A stretch of DNA of 64,000 bases from the human T2T-CHM13v2.0 reference genome, Homo sapiens. The stretch's first letter is position 1. Every line of letters starts with the position of its first letter. The stretch lies in NCBI RefSeq assembly GCF_009914755.1, contig NC_060925.1, one strand, 5' to 3'. The notes beneath the pieces are model-generated. The model did no database searches. It worked only from the letters and a program-made list of their open reading frames with translations, and had not been told where the DNA came from. This document shows, piece by piece, positions 44,101-60,100 of the stretch. The translations under genes were made by a program, and so were the position numbers.

Positions 44101-47100
44101 TCGAATGGACCCGAATGGAATCATCTAATGGAATGGAATGGAATAATCCATGGACTCGAATGCAATCATCATCGAATGGAATCGAATGGAATCATCGAAT
44201 GGACTCGAATGGAATAATCATTGAACGGAATCGAATGGAATCATCATCGGATGGAAATGAATGGAATCATCATCGAATGGAATCGAATAGAATTATGGAA
44301 TGAAATCCAGTGTGATCATCATCGAATGGACCCGAATGGAATCATCATCCAACGGAAGCTAATGGAATCAACATCGAATGAATCGAATGGAAACACCATC
44401 GAATTGAAACGAATGGAATTATCATGAAATTGAAATGGATGGACTCATCATCGAATGGATTCGAATGGAATCATCGAATAAAATTGATTGAAATCATCAT
44501 CCAATGGAATCGAATGGTATCATTGAATGGAATCGAATGGAATCATCATCAGATGGAAATGAATGGAATCGTCATAGAATGGAATCGAATGGATTCATTG
44601 AATGGAATCAGATGGAATCATCGAATGGACTGGAATGGAATCATTGAATGGACTCGAAAGGGATCATGATTGAATGGAATTGAATGGAATCATCGAATGG
44701 TCTCGATTGGAATCATTATCAAATGGAATCGAATGGAATCACCGAATAGAATCGAATGGAACAATCATCGAATGGACTCAAATGGAATTATCCTCCAATG
44801 GAATCGAATGGAATTATCGAATGCAATCGAATGGAATTATCGAATGCAATCGAATAGAATCATCGAATGGACTCGAATGGAATCATCGAATGGAATGGAA
44901 TGGAACAGTCAATGAACTCGAATGGAATCATCATTGAATGGAATCGAATGGAATCATCGAGTGGAATCGAATGGAATTATGATCAAATGGAATCGAATGT
45001 AATCATCATCAAATGGAATCAAAAATAACCATCATCAATTGGTATTGAATGGAATTGTCATCAAATGGAATTCAAAGGAATCATCATCAAATGGAACCGA
45101 ATGGAATCCTCATTGAATGGAAATGAAAGGGGTCATCATCTAATGGAATCGCATGGAATCATCATCAAATGGAATCGAATGGAATCATCATCAAATGGAA
45201 TCTAATGGAATCATTGAACAGAATTGAATGGAATCGTCATCGAATGAATTGAATGCAATCATCGAATGGTCTCGAATGGAATCATCTTCTAATGGAAAGG
45301 AATGGAATCATCGCATAGAATCGAATGGAATTATCATCGAATGGAATCGAATGGTATCAACACCAAACGGAAAAAAACGGAATTATCGAATGGAATCGAA
45401 GAGAATCTTCGAACGGACCCGAATGGAATCATCTAATGGAATGGAATGGAATAATCCATGGACTCGAATGCAATCATCATCGAATGGAATCGAATGGAAT
45501 CATCGAATGGACTCGAATGGAATAATCATTGAACGGAATCGATTGGAATCATCATCGGATGGAAACGAATGGAATCATCATCGAATGGAAATGAAAGGAG
45601 TCATCATCTAATGGAATTGCATGGAATCATCATAAAATGGAATCGAATGGAATCAACATCAAATGGAATCAAATGGAATCATTGAACGGAATTGAATGGA
45701 ATCGTCATCGAATGAATTGACTGCAATTATCCAATGGTCTCGAATGGAATCATCTTCAAATGGAATGGAATGGAATCATCGCATAGAATCGAATGGAATT
45801 ATCATCGAATGGAATCGAATGGAATCAACATCCAACGGAAAAAAACGGAATTATCGAATGGAATCGAAGAGAATCATCGAATGGACCCGAATGGAATCAT
45901 CTAATGGAATGGAATGGAATAATCCATGGACTCGAATGCAATCATCATCGAATGGAATGGAATGGAATCATCGAATGGACTCGAATGGAATAATCATTGA
46001 ACGGAATCGAATGGAATCATCATCGGATGGAAATGAATGGAATCATCATCGAATGGAATCGAATAGAATTATGGAATGAAATCCAGTGTGATCATCATCG
46101 AATGGACCCGAATGGAATCATCATCCAACGGAAGCTAATGGAATCAACATCGAATGAATCAAATGGAAACACCATCGAATTGAAACGAATGGAATTATCA
46201 TGAAATTGAAATGGATGGACTCATCATCGAATGGATTCGAATGGAATCATCGAATAAAATTGATTGAAATCATCATCGAATGGAATCGAATGGTATCATT
46301 GAATGGAATCGAATGGAATCATCATCAGATGGAAATGAATGGAATCGTCATAGAATGGAATCGAATGGATTCATTGAATGGAATCAGATGGAATCATCGA
46401 ATGGACTGGAATGGAATCATTGAATGGACTCGAAAGGGATCATGATTGAATGGAATTGAATGGAATCATCGAATGGTCTCGATTGGAATCATTATCAAAT
46501 GGAATCGAATGGAATCACCGAATAGAATCGAATGGAACAATCATTGAATGGACTCAAATGGAATTATCCTCCAATGGAATCGAATGGAATTATCGAATGC
46601 AATCGAATGGAATTATCGAATGCAATCGAATAGAATCATCGAATGGACTCGAATGGAATCATCGAATGGAATGGAATGGAACAGTCAATGAACTCGAATG
46701 GAATCATCATTGAATGGAATCGAATGGAATCATCGAGTGGAATCGAATGGAATTATGATCAAATGGAATCGAATGTAATCATCATCAAATGGAATCAAAA
46801 ATAACCATCATCAATTGGTATTGAATGGAATTGTCATCAAATGGAATTCAAAGGAATCATCATCAAATGGAACCGAATGGAATCCTCATTGAATGGAAAT
46901 GAAAGGGGTCATCATCTAATGGAATCGCATGGAATCATCATCAAATGGAATCGAATGGAATCATCATCAAATGGAATCTAATGGAATCATTGAACAGAAT
47001 TGAATGGAATCGTCATCGAATGAATTGAATGCAATCATCGAATGGTCTCGAATGGAATCATCTTCTAATGGAAAGGAATGGAATCATCGCATAGAATCGA

Positions 47101-50100
47101 ATGGAATTATCATCGAATGGAATCGAATGGTATCAACACCAAACGGAAAAAAACGGAATTATCGAATGGAATCGAAGAGAATCTTCGAACGGACCCGAAT
47201 GGAATCATCTAATGGAATGGAATGGAATAATCCATGGACTCGAATGCAATCATCATCGAATGGAATCGAATGGAATCATCGAATGGACTCGAATGGAATA
47301 ATCATTGAACGGAATCGAATGGAATCATCATCGGATGGAAACGAATGGAATCATCATCGAATGGAAATGAAATGAGTCATCATCTAATGGAATTGCATGG
47401 AATCATCATAAAATGGAATCGAATGGAATCAACATCAAATGGAATCAAATGGAATCATTGAACGGAATTGAATGGAATCGTCATCGAATGAATTGACTGC
47501 AATCATCCAATGGTCTCGAATGGAATCATCTTCAAATGGAATGGAATGGAATCATCGCATAGAATCGAATGGAATTATCATCGAATGGAATCGAATGGAA
47601 TCAACATCAAACGGAAAAAAACGGAATTATCGAATGGAATCGAAGAGAATCATCGAATGGACCCGAATGGAATCATCTAATGGAATGGAATGGAATAATC
47701 CATGGACTCGAATGCAATCATCATCGAATGGAATCGAATGGAATCATCGAATGGACTCGAATGGAATAATCATTGAACGGAATCGAATGGAATCATCATC
47801 GGATGGAAATGAATGGAATCATCATCGAATGGAATCGAATAGAATTATGGAATGAAATCCAGTGTGATCATCATCGAATGGACCCGAATGGAATCATCAT
47901 CCAACGGAAGCTAATGGAATCAACATCGAATGAATCGAATGGAAACACCATCGAATTGAAACGAATGGAATTATCATGAAATTGAAATGGATGGACTCAT
48001 CATCGAATGGATTCGAATGGAATCATCGAATAAAATTGATTGAAATCATCATCCAATGGAATCGAATGGTATCATTGAATGGAATCGAATGGAATCATCA
48101 TCAGATGGAAATGAATGGAATCGTCATAGAATGGAATCGAATGGATTCATTGAATGGAATCAGATGGAATCATCGAATGGACTGGAATGGAATCATTGAA
48201 TGGACTCGAAAGGGATCATTATTGAATGGAATTGAATGGAATCATCGAATGGTCTCGATTGGAATCATTTTCAAATGGAATCGAATGGAATCACCGAATA
48301 GAATCGAATGGAACAATCATCGAATGGACTCAAATGGAATTATCCTCAAATGGAATGGAATGGAATTATCGAATGCAATCGAATGGAATTATCGAATGCA
48401 ATCGAATAGAATCATCGAATGGACTCGAATGGAATCATCGAATGGAATGGAATGGAACAGTCAATGAACTCGAATGGAATCATCATTGAATGGAATCGAA
48501 TGGAATCATCGAGTGGAATCGAATGGAATTATGATCAAATGGAATCGAATGTAATCCTCATCAAATGGAATCAAAAATAACCATCATCAATTGGTATTGA
48601 ATGGAATTGTCATCAAATGGAATTCAAAGGAATCATCATCAAATGGAACCGAATGGAATCCTCATTGAATGGAAATGAAAGGGGTCATCATCTAATGGAA
48701 TCGCATGGAATCATCATCAAATGGAATCGAATGGAATCATCATCAAATGGAATCTAATGGAATCATTGAACATAATTGAATGGAATCGTCATCGAATGAA
48801 TTGAATGCAATCATCGAATGGTCTCGAATGGAATCATCTTCTAATGGAAAGGAATGGAATCATCGCATAGAATCGAATGGAATTATCATCGAATGGAATC
48901 GAATGGTATCAACACCAAACGGAAAAAAACGGAATTATCGAATGGAATCGAAGAGAATCTTCGAACGGACCCGAATGGAATCATCTAATGGAATGGAATG
49001 GAATAATCCATGGACTCGAATGCAATCATCATCGAATGGAATCGAATGGAATCATCGAATGGACTCGAATGGAATAATCATTGAACGGAATCGATTGGAA
49101 TCATCATCGGATGGAAACGAATGGAATCATCATCGAATGGAAATGAAAGGAGTCATCATCTAATGGAATTGCATGGAATCATCATAAAATGGAATCGAAT
49201 GGAATCAACATCAAATGGAATCAAATGGAATCATTGAACGGAATTGAATGGAATCGTCATCGAATGAATTGACTGCAATCATCCAATGGTCTCGAATGGA
49301 ATCATCTTCAAATGGAATGGAATGGAATCATCGCATAGAATCGAATGGAATTATCATCGAATGGAATCGAATGGAATCAACATCAAACGGAAAAAAACAG
49401 AATTATCGTATGGAATCGAAGAGAATCATCGAAGGGACCCGAATGGAATCATCTAATGGAATGGAATGGAATAATCCATGGACTCGAATGCAATCATCAT
49501 CGAATGGAATCGAATGGAATCATCGAATGGACTCGAATGGAATAATCATTGAACGGAATCGAATGGAATCATCATCGGATGGAAATGAATGGAATCATCA
49601 TCGAATGGAATCGAATAGAATTATGGAATGAAATCCAGTGTGATCATCATCGAATGGACCCGAATGGAATCAACATCCAACGGAAGCTAATGGAATCAAC
49701 ATCGAATGAATCGAATGGAAACACCATCGAATTGAAACGAATGGAATTATCATGAAATTGAAATGGATGGACTCATCATCGAATGGATTCGAATGGAATC
49801 ATCGAATAAAATTGATTGAAATCATCATCCAATGGAATCGAATGGTATCATTGAATGGAATCGAATGGAATCATCATCAGATGGAAATGAATGGAATCGT
49901 CATAGAATGGAATCGAATGGATTCATTGAATGGAATCAGATGGAATCATCGAATGGACTGGAATGGAATCATTGAATGGACTCGAAAGGGATCATTATTG
50001 AATGGAATTGAATGGAATCATCGAATGGTCTCGATTGGAATCATTATCAAATGGAATCGAATGAAATCACCGAACAGAATCGAATGGAACAATCATCGAA

Positions 50101-53100
50101 TGGACTCAAATGGAATTATCCTCCAATGGAATCGAATGGAATTATCGAATGCAATCGAATGGAATTATCGAATGCAATCGAATAGAATCATCGAATGGAC
50201 TCGAATGGAATCATCGAATGGAATGGAATGGAACAGTCAATGAACTCGAATGGAATCATCATTGAATGGAATCGAATGGAATCATCGAGTGGAATCGAAT
50301 GGAATTATGATCAAATGGAATAGAATGTAATCATCATCAAATGGAATCAAAAATAACCATCATCAATTGGTATTGAATGGAATTGTCATCAAATGGAATT
50401 CAAAGGAATCATCATCAAATGGAACCGAATGGAATCCTCATTGAATGGAAATGAAAGGGGTCATCATCTAATGGAATCGCATGGAATCATCATCAAATGG
50501 AATCGAATGGAATCATCATCAAATGGAATCTAATGGAATCATTGAACAGAATTGAATGGAATCGTCATCGAATGAATTGAATGCAATCATCGAATGGTCT
50601 CGAATGGAATCATCTTCTAATGGAAAGGAATGGAATCATCGCATAGAATCGAATGGAATTATCATCGAATGGAATCGAATGGTATCAACACCAAACGGAA
50701 AAAAACGGAATTATCGAATGGAATCGAAGAGAATCTTCGAACGGACCCGAATGGAATCATCTAATGGAATGGAATGGAATAATCCATGGACTCGAATGCA
50801 ATCATCATCGAATGGAATCGAATGGAATCATCGAATGGACTCGAATGGAATAATCATTGAACGGAATCGAATGGAATCATCATCGGATGGAAACGAATGG
50901 AATCATCATCGAATGGAAATGAAAGGAGTCATCATCTAATGGAATTGCATGGAATCATCATAAAATGGAATCGAATGGAATCAACATCAAATGGAATCAA
51001 ATGGAATCATTGAACGGAATTGAATGGAATCGTCATCGAATGAATTGACTGCAATCATCGAATGGTCTCGAATGGAATCATCTTCAAATGGAATGGAATG
51101 GAATCATCGCATAGAATCGAATGGAATTATCATCGAATGGAATCGAATGGAATCAACATCAAACGGAAAAAAACGGAATTATCGAATGGAATCGAAGAGA
51201 ATCATCGAATGGACCCGAATGGAATCATCTAATGGAATGGAATGGAATAATCCATGGACTCGAATGCAATCATCATCGAATGGAATCGAATGGAATCATC
51301 GAATGGACTCGAATGGAATAATCATTGAACGGAATCGAATGGAATCATCATCGGATGGAAATGAATGGAATCATCATCGAATGGAATCGAATAGAATTAT
51401 GGAATGAAATCCAGTGTGATCATCATCGAATGGACCCGAATGGAATCATCATCCAACGGAAGCTAATGGAATCAACATCGAATGAATCGAATGGAAACAC
51501 CATCGAATTGAAACGAATGGAATTATCATGAAATTGAAATGGATGGACTCATCATCGAATGGATTCGAATGGAATCATCGAATAAAATTGATTGAAATCA
51601 TCATCCAATGGAATCGAATGGTATCATTGAATGGAATCGAATGGAATCATAATCAGATGGAAATGAATGGAATCGTCATAGAATGGAATCGAATGGATTC
51701 ATTGAATGGAATCAGATGGAATCATCGAATGGACTGGAATGGAATAATTGAATGGAATCGAAAGGGATCATAATTGAATGGAATTGAATGGAATCATCGA
51801 ATGGTCTCGATTGGAATCATTATCAAATGGAATCGAATGGAATCACCGAATAGAATCGAATGGAACAATCATCGAATGGACTCAAATGGAATTATCCTCA
51901 AATGGAATCGAATGGAATTATCGAATGCAATCGAATGGAATTATCGAATGCAATCGAATAGAATCATCGAATGGACTCGAATGGAATCATCGAATGGAAT
52001 GGAATGGAACAGTCAATGAACTCGAATGGAATCATCATTGAATGGAATCGAATGGAATCATCGAGTGGAATCGAATGGAATTATGATCAAATGGAATCGA
52101 ATGTAATCATCATCAAATGGAATCAAAAATAACCATCATCAATTGGTATTGAATGGAATTGTCATCAAATGGAATTCAAAGGAATCATCATCAAATGGAA
52201 CCGAATGGAATCCTCATTGAATGGAAATGAAAGGGGTCATCATCTAATGGAATCGCATGGAATCATCATCAAATGGAATCGAATGGAATCATCATCAAAT
52301 GGAATCTAATGGAATCATTGAACAGAATTGAATGGAATCGTCATCGAATGAATTGAATGCAATCATCGAATGGTCTCGAATGGAATCATCTTCTAATGGA
52401 AAGGAATGGAATCATCGCAAAGAATCGAATGGAATTATCATCGAATGGAATCGAATGGTATCAACACCAAACGGAAAAAAACGGAATTATCGAATTGAAT
52501 CGAAGAGAATCTTCGAACGGACCCGAATGGAATCATCTAATGGAATGGAATGGAATAATCCATGGACTCGAATGCAATCATCATCGAATGGAATCGAATG
52601 GAATCATCGAATGGACTCGAATGGAATAATCATTGAACGGAATCGAATGGAATCATCATCGGATGGAAACGAATGGAATCATCATCGAATGGAAATGAAA
52701 GGAGTCATCATCTAATGGAATTGCATGGAATCATCATAAAATGGAATCGAATGGAATCAACATCAAATGGAATCAAATGGAATCATTGAACGGAATTGAA
52801 TGGAATCGTCATCGAATGAATTGACTGCAATCATCCAATGGTCTCGAATGGAATCATCTTCAAATGGAATGGAATGGAATCATCGCATAGAATCGAATGG
52901 AATTATCATCGAATGGAATCGAATGGAATCAACATCAAACGGAAAAAAACGGAATTATCGAATGGAATCGAAGAGAATCATCGAATGGACCCGAATGGAA
53001 TCATCTAATGGAATGGAATGGAATAATCCATGGACTCGAATGCAATCATCATCGAATGGAATCGAATGGAATCATCGAATGGACTCGAATGGAATAATCA

Positions 53101-55883
53101 TTGAACGGAATCGAATGGAATCATCATCGGATGGAAATGAATGGAATCATCATCGAATGGAATCGAATAGAATTATGGAATGAAATCCAGTGTGATCATC
53201 ATCGAATGGACCCGAATGGAATCATCATCCAACGGAAGCTAATGGAATCAACATCGAATGAATCGAATGGAAACACCATCGAATTGAAACGAATGGAATT
53301 ATCATGAAATTGAAATGGATGGACTCATCATCGAATGGATTCGAATGGAATCATCGAATAAAATTGATTGAAATCATCATCCAATGGAATCGAATGGTAT
53401 CATTGAATGGAATCGAATGGAATCATCATCAGATGGAAATGAATGGAATCGTCATAGAATGGAATCGAATGGATTCATTGAATGGAATCAGATGGAATCA
53501 TCGAATGGACTGGAATGGAATCATTGAATGGAATCGAAAGGGATCATAATTGAATGGAATTGAATGGAATCATCGAATGGTCTCGATTGGAATCATTATC
53601 AAATGGAATCGAATGGAATCACCGAATAGAATCGAATGGAACAATCATCGAATGGACTCAAATGGAATTATCCTCAAATGGAATCGAATGGAATTATCGA
53701 ATGCAATCGAATGGAATTATCGAATGCAATCGAATAGAATCATCGAATGGACTCGAATGGAATCATCGAATGGAATGGAATGGAACAGTCAATGAACTCG
53801 AATGGAATCATCATTGAATGGAATCGAATGGAATCATCGAGTGGAATCGAATGGAATTATGATCAAATGGAATCGAATGTAATCATCATCCAATGGAATC
53901 AAAAATAACCATCATCAATTGGTATTGAATGGAATTGTCATCAAATGGAATTCAAAGGAATCATCATCAAATGGAACCGAATGGAATCCTCATTGAATGG
54001 AAATGAAAGGGGTCATCATCTAATGGAATCGCATGGAATCATCATCAAATGGAATCGAATGGAATCATCATCAAATGGAATCTAATGGAATCATTGAACA
54101 GAATTGAATGGAATCGTCATCGAATGAATTGAATGCAATCATCGAATGGTCTCGAATGGAATCATCTTCTAATGGAAAGGAATGGAATCATCGCAAAGAA
54201 TCGAATGGAATTATCATCGAATGGAATCGAATGGTATCAACACCAAACGGAAAAAAACGGAATTATCGAATTGAATCGAAGAGAATCTTCGAACGGACCC
54301 GAATGGAATCATCTAATGGAATGGAATGGAATAATCCATGGACTCGAATGCAATCATCATCGAATGGAATCGAATGGAATCATCGAATGGACTCGAATGG
54401 AATAATCATTGAACGGAATCGAATGGAATCATCATCGGATGGAAACGAATGGAATCATCATCGAATGGAAATGAAAGGAGTCATCATCTAATGGAATTGC
54501 ATGGAATCATCATAAAATGGAATCGAATGGAATCAACATCAAATGGAATCAAATGGAATCATTGAACGGAATTGAATGGAATCGTCATCGAATGAATTGA
54601 CTGCAATCATCCAATGGTCTCGAATGGAATCATCTTCAAATGGAATGGAATGGAATCATCGCATAGAATCGAATGGAATTATCATCGAATGGAATCGAAT
54701 GGAATCAACATCAAACGGAAAAAAACGGAATTATCGAATGGAATCGAAGAGAATCATCGAATGGACCCGAATGGAATCATCTAATGGAATGGAATGGAAT
54801 AATCCATGGACTCGAATGCAATCATCATCGAATGGAATCGAATGGAATCATCGAATGGACTCGAATGGAATAATCATTGAACGGAATCGAATGGAATCAT
54901 CATCGGATGGAAATGAATGGAATCATCATCGAATGGAATCGAATAGAATTATGGAATGAAATCCAGTGTGATCATCATCGAATGGACCCGAATGGAATCA
55001 TCATCCAACGGAAGCTAATGGAATCAACATCGAATGAATCGAATGGAAACACCATCGAATTGAAACGAATGGAATTATCATGAAATTGAAATGGATGGAC
55101 TCATCATCGAATGGATTCGAATGGAATCATCGAATAAAATTGATTGAAATCATCATCCAATGGAATCGAATGGTATCATTGAATGGAATCGAATGGAATC
55201 ATCATCAGATGGAAATGAATGGAATCGTCATAGAATGGAATCGAATGGATTCATTGAATGGAATCAGATGGAATCATCGAATGGACTGGAATGGAATCAT
55301 TGAATGGAATCGAAAGGGATCATAATTGAATGGAATTGAATGGAATCATCGAATGGTCTCGATTGGAATCATTATCAAATGGAATCGAATGGAATCACCG
55401 AATAGAATCGAATGGAACAATCATCGAATGGACTCAAATGGAATTATCCTCAAATGGAATCGAATGGAATTATCGAATGCAATCGAATGGAATTATCGAA
55501 TGCAATCGAATAGAATCATCGAATGGACTCGAATGGAATCATCGAATGGAATGGAATGGAACAGTCAATGAACTCGAATGGAATCATCATTGAATGGAAT
55601 CGAATGGAATCATCGAGTGGAATCGAATGGAATTATGATCAAATGGAATCGAATGTAATCATCATCCAATGGAATCAAAAATAACCATCATCAATTGGTA
55701 TTGAATGGAATTGTCATCAAATGGAATTCAAAGGAATCATCATCAAATGGAACCGAATGGAATCCTCATTGAATGGAAATGAAAGGGGTCATCATCTAAT
55801 GGAATCGCATGGAATCATCATCAAATGGAATCGAATGGAATCATCATCAAATGGAATCTAATGGAATCATTGAACAGAATTGA

Positions 55884-57191
55884 ATGGAATCGTCATCGAA
55901 TGAATTGAATGCAATCATCGAATGGTCTCGAATGGAATCATCTTCTAATGGAAAGGAATGGAATCATCGCATAGAATCGAATGGAATTATCATCGAATGG
56001 AATCGAATGGTATCAACACCAAACGGAAAAAAACGGAATTATCGAATGGAATCGAAGAGAATCTTCGAACGGACCCGAATGGAATCATCTAATGGAATGG
56101 AATGGAATAATCCATGGACTCGAATGCAATCATCATCGAATGGAATCGAATGGAATCATCGAATGGACTCGAATGGAATAATCATTGAACGGAATCGAAT
56201 GGAATCATCATCGGATGGAAATGAATGGAATCATCATCGAATGGAATCGAATAGAATTATGGAATGAAATCCAGTGTGATCATCATCGAATGGACCCGAA
56301 TGGAATCATCATCCAACGGAAGCTAATGGAATCAACATCGAATGAATCGAATGGAAACACCATCGAATTGAAACGAATGGAATTATTATGAAATTGAAAT
56401 GGATGGACTCATCATCGAATGGATTCGAATGGAATCATCGAATAAAATTGATTGAAATCATCATCCAATGGAATCGAATGGTATCATTGAATGGAATCGA
56501 ATGGAATCATCATCAGATGGAAATGAAAGGAATCGTCATAGAATGGAATCGAATGGATTCATTGAATGGAATCAGATGGAATCATCGAATGGACTGGATT
56601 GGAATCATTGAATGGACTCGAAAGGGATCATGATTGAATGGAATTGAATGGAATCATCGAATGGTCTCGATTGGAATCATTATCAAATGGAATCGAATGG
56701 AATCACCGAACAGAATCGAATGGAACAATCATCGAATGGACTCAAATGGAATTATCCTCCAATGGAATCGAATGGAATTATCGAATGCAATCGAATGGAA
56801 TTATCGAATGCAATCGAATAGAATCATCGAAAGGACTCGAATGGAATCATCGAATGGAATGGAATGGAACAGTCAATGAACTCGAATGGAATCATCATTG
56901 AATGGAATCGAATGGAATCATCGAGTGGAATCGAATGGAATTATGAGCAAATGGAATCGAATGTAATCATCATCAAATGGAATCAAAAATAACCATCATC
57001 AATTGGTATTGAATGGAATTGTCATCAAATGGAATTCAAAGGAATCATCATCAAATGGAACCGAATGGAATCCTCATTGAATGGAAATGAAAGGGGTCAT
57101 CATCTAATGGAATCGCATGGAATCATCATCAAATGGAATCGAATGGAATCATCATCAAATGGAATCTAATGGAATCATTGAACAGAATTGA
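55884..57191 (+). repeat. Variant unit of 1,308 bp (single hybrid A/B sub-repeat; 468 bp lost)
   Basis: Anchor spacing 55884 to 57192. An A-type start is followed directly by the C-segment GAATAGAATTATGG. Confidence 0.94.
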
Positions 57192-60100
57192 ATGGAATCG
57201 TCATCGAATGAATTGAATGCAATCATCGAATGGTCTCGAATGGAATCATCTTCTAATGGAAAGGAATGGAATCATCGCATAGAATCGAATGGAATTATCA
57301 TCGAATGGAATCGAATGGTATCAACACCAAACGGAAAAAAACGGAATTATCGAATGGAATCGAAGAGAATCTTCGAACGGACCCGAATGGAATCATCTAA
57401 TGGAATGGAATGGAATAATCCATGGACTCGAATGCAATCATCATCGAATGGAATCGAATGGAATCATCGAATGGACTCGAATGGAATAATCATTGAACGG
57501 AATCGATTGGAATCATCATCGGATGGAAACGAATGGAATCATCATCGAATGGAAATGAAAGGAGTCATCATCTAATGGAATTGCATGGAATCATCATAAA
57601 ATGGAATCGAATGGAATCAACATCAAATGGAATCAAATGGAATCATTGAACGGAATTGAATGGAATCGTCATCGAATGAATTGACTGCAATCATCCAATG
57701 GTCTCGAATGGAATCATCTTCAAATGGAATGGAATGGAATCATCGCATAGAATCGAATGGAATTATCATCGAATGGAATCGAATGGAATCAACATCAAAC
57801 GGAAAAAAACAGAATTATCGTATGGAATCGAAGAGAATCATCGAAGGGACCCGAATGGAATCATCTAATGGAATGGAATGGAATAATCCATGGACTCGAA
57901 TGCAATCATCATCGAATGGAATCGAATGGAATCATCGAATGGACTCGAATGGAATAATCATTGAACGGAATCGAATGGAATCATCATCGGATGGAAATGA
58001 ATGGAATCATCATCGAATGGAATCGAATAGAATTATGGAATGAAATCCAGTGTGATCATCATCGAATGGACCCGAATGGAATCAACATCCAACGGAAGCT
58101 AATGGAATCAACATCGAATGAATCGAATGGAAACACCATCGAATTGAAACGAATGGAATTATCATGAAATTGAAATGGATGGACTCATCATCGAATGGAT
58201 TCGAATGGAATCATCGAATAAAATTGATTGAAATCATCATCCAATGGAATCGAATGGTATCATTGAATGGAATCGAATGGAATCATCATCAGATGGAAAT
58301 GAATGGAATCGTCATAGAATGGAATCGAATGGATTCATTGAATGGAATCAGATGGAATCATCGAATGGACTGGAATGGAATCATTGAATGGACTCGAAAG
58401 GGATCATTATTGAATGGAATTGAATGGAATCATCGAATGGTCTCGATTGGAATCATTATCAAATGGAATCGAATGAAATCACCGAACAGAATCGAATGGA
58501 ACAATCATCGAATGGACTCAAATGGAATTATCCTCCAATGGAATCGAATGGAATTATCGAATGCAATCGAATGGAATTATCGAATGCAATCGAATAGAAT
58601 CATCGAATGGACTCGAATGGAATCATCGAATGGAATGGAATGGAACAGTCAATGAACTCGAATGGAATCATCATTGAATGGAATCGAATGGAATCATCGA
58701 GTGGAATCGAATGGAATTATGATCAAATGGAATCGAATGTAATCATCATCAAATGGAATCAAAAATAACCATCATCAATTGGTATTGAATGGAATTGTCA
58801 TCAAATGGAATTCAAAGGAATCATCATCAAATGGAACCGAATGGAATCCTCATTGAATGGAAATGAAAGGGGTCATCATCTAATGGAATCGCATGGAATC
58901 ATCATCAAATGGAATCGAATGGAATCATCATCAAATGGAATCTAATGGAATCATTGAACAGAATTGAATGGAATCGTCATCGAATGAATTGAATGCAATC
59001 ATCGAATGGTCTCGAATGGAATCATCTTCTAATGGAAAGGAATGGAATCATCGCATAGAATCGAATGGAATTATCATCGAATGGAATCGAATGGTATCAA
59101 CACCAAACGGAAAAAAACGGAATTATCGAATTGAATCGAAGAGAATCTTCGAACGGACCCGAATGGAATCATCTAATGGAATGGAATGGAATAATCCATG
59201 GACTCGAATGCAATCATCATCGAATGGAATCGAATGGAATCATCGAATGGACTCGAATGGAATAATCATTGAACGGAATCGAATGGAATCATCATCGGAT
59301 GGAAACGAATGGAATCATCATCGAATGGAAATGAAAGGAGTCATCATCTAATGGAATTGCATGGAATCATCATAAAATGGAATCGAATGGAATCAACATC
59401 AAATGGAATCAAATGGAATCATTGAACGGAATTGAATGGAATCGTCATCGAATGAATTGACTGCAATCATCCAATGGTCTCGAATGGAATCATCTTCAAA
59501 TGGAATGGAATGGAATCATCGCATAGAATCGAATGGAATTATCATCGAATGGAATCGAATGGTATCAACACCAAACGGAAAAAAACGGAATTATCGAATT
59601 GAATCGAAGAGAATCTTCGAACGGACCCGAATGGAATCATCTAATGGAATGGAATGGAATAATCCATGGACTCGAATGCAATCATCATCGAATGGAATCG
59701 AATGGAATCATCGAATGGACTCGAATGGAATAATCATTGAACGGAATCGAATGGAATCATCATCGGATGGAAATGAATGGAATCATCATCGAATGGAATC
59801 GAATAGAATTATGGAATGAAATCCAGTGTGATCATCATCGAATGGACCCGAATGGAATCATCATCCAACGGAAGCTAATGGAATCAACATCGAATGAATC
59901 GAATGGAAACACCATCGAATTGAAACGAATGGAATTATCATGAAATTGAAATGGATGGACTCATCATCGAATGGATTCGAATGGAATCATCGAATAAAAT
60001 TGATTGAAATCATCATCCAATGGAATCGAATGGTATCATTGAATGGAATCGAATGGAATCATCATCAGATGGAAATGAATGGAATCGTCATAGAATGGAA

